From the NCBI GenBank assembly GCA_039028615.1, contig JBCCHT010000041.1:1-64000 (forward strand): a stretch of DNA of 64,000 bases, in the 5' to 3' direction. The notes beneath the pieces are model-generated. The model had not been told where the DNA came from, ran no database searches, and saw only the letters and a program-made list of their open reading frames with translations. The translations under genes and the position numbers were made by a program. Numbering within the stretch: the stretch's first letter is position 1; every line of letters begins with the position of its first letter. Positions 62,999 through 64,000 of the stretch are shown one piece after another. This stretch comes from Myxococcota bacterium. Its GTDB lineage: Bacteria; Myxococcota_A; Polyangia; Nannocystales; Nannocystaceae.

Positions 62999-63952
62999 TT
63001 ACTGTAGGTGTGAACCTCGATGCGCAGACTGTGTCACACCCTGCGCAGGCGCGTCGACCTCGCGGGGTCGATTTCGTGAACTGGCCGAGATCGCCGTTCG
63101 AGCGAAGCTCACGACGCGATCGGTGACGGCCTGGGGCTGCTCGAGGTAGCCGCAGTGCCCAAAGTCGTTCCAGATCTCCACCTGCGCTTCTTGCGGAAGA
63201 TGGCGGAGGAAGAACTGCAGACTGGAGGGGGGAAGGATTCGTTCCTGGCGTCCCCAGAGCATCAGGGTGGGCATCGAGAGCCCGGACAGCTCCTCGGGTC
63301 GCAGCAGGTCGTCGGTGTCGAGGCTGTCGAGCATGCGCCGCAGCTGCTCGTTGGTGAAGCGCCCTCGGATCGCGTGGGCGAGCACGTGACGGAAGCCGGG
63401 CGGAGAGCTGGCGAGCATGCGGTCGACGAAGCGCAGCGCCTCGCCGTGCCGATCGACGCGGAAGGAATCGAGGAGCTGTTGCAAGCCCTGGTCATCCATC
63501 GGCGCGCCGCCGGGGCACACGAGCACCAGACCACGAACCTTGTGGGGCGAGCGGGCGGCGTAGCGAATCGCTCCGAAGCCACCCATGGAGGTGCCGAGCA
63601 AGATGACCGGCTCGTCGATGAGTCGATCGAGCACCTCGAACATGCCGTCTTGCATCGTCTGCCGACAAAGGCCCTGCGGCGGGACTTCGCTGAAGCCGTG
63701 ACCGGGGCAGTCGGGTGCGACGAGCCGACGGGTATGAGGAGCAAAGCGCCGCAGCAATCCCATGTAGGAGATGGCATTGGCCGAGAAGCCATGGAGCATG
63801 ACGACCGGCGGCAGGTCACCGCGGCCGGGGCCATCGAGCGCATGCAGCCGACCCACGCTGGTCTCCAGCCAACGGCTTCGCAGTCCCCAGGCGTTGAGGA
63901 CTCGTCTCGCTATGCGTTCGGACCGGGTCAGCATCGGACGAAGACCATCCAA
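62999..63952 (-). CDS. Alpha/beta fold hydrolase
   Basis: VVMLHGF, APDCPGHGFS, GTSMGG, PTLMLWG..E, GH...LEQP; start 63952 or 63934. Confidence 0.9.
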   Translation of the reverse strand: MDGLRPMLTRSERIARRVLNAWGLRSRWLETSVGRLHALDGPGRGDLPPVVMLHGFSANAISYMGLLRRFAPHTRRLVAPDCPGHGFSEVPPQGLCRQTMQDGMFEVLDRLIDEPVILLGTSMGGFGAIRYAARSPHKVRGLVLVCPGGAPMDDQGLQQLLDSFRVDRHGEALRFVDRMLASSPPGFRHVLAHAIRGRFTNEQLRRMLDSLDTDDLLRPEELSGLSMPTLMLWGRQERILPPSSLQFFLRHLPQEAQVEIWNDFGHCGYLEQPQAVTDRVVSFARTAISASSRNRPREVDAPAQGVTQSAHRGSHLQ

Positions 63953-64000
63953 GCAATTTGGACGCCGACCTGTCCATAAGTCGTCGTTTTTGGCGGGTGC

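Overview
Very GC-rich, densely coded chromosomal window, most likely from a myxobacterium. A Nannocystales-like lineage is inferred from the many Ser/Thr kinase-TPR genes, the ECF-kinase pair, Cys-rich lipoproteins and an MXAN_5187-C-like gene. About 47 real genes are supported; most of the long ORFs in the track are antisense or off-frame shadows. Housekeeping genes include glgX, gdhA, cstA, gltA, bioA, rseP, tsaB and manC. I found no rRNA, tRNA, CRISPR array or mobile element. The strongest candidate for an undescribed system is a tightly coupled five-gene signalling operon at 34185-40344 (minus strand). It encodes a wHTH protein, a stand-alone HisKA-like 'HDLGKY' protein, an atypical sigma54 activator, a TPR-sensor histidine-kinase-like protein with a degenerate G1 box, and a single-domain receiver. 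Both receiver domains share the same ~30-aa insertion after the phospho-Asp and lack the conserved Lys. Other notable items are: a eukaryote-type N-terminal glutamine amidohydrolase (WDYHV/NTAQ1 family); a gdhA-coupled REC-PPDK_N protein; a His-rich TonB receptor with two His-rich lipoproteins; a lipoprotein gene frameshifted in a G7 run; and a recurring TAnnnT-N6-8-start pattern suggesting leaderless mRNAs. All family assignments come from reading motifs by eye, not from database searches.
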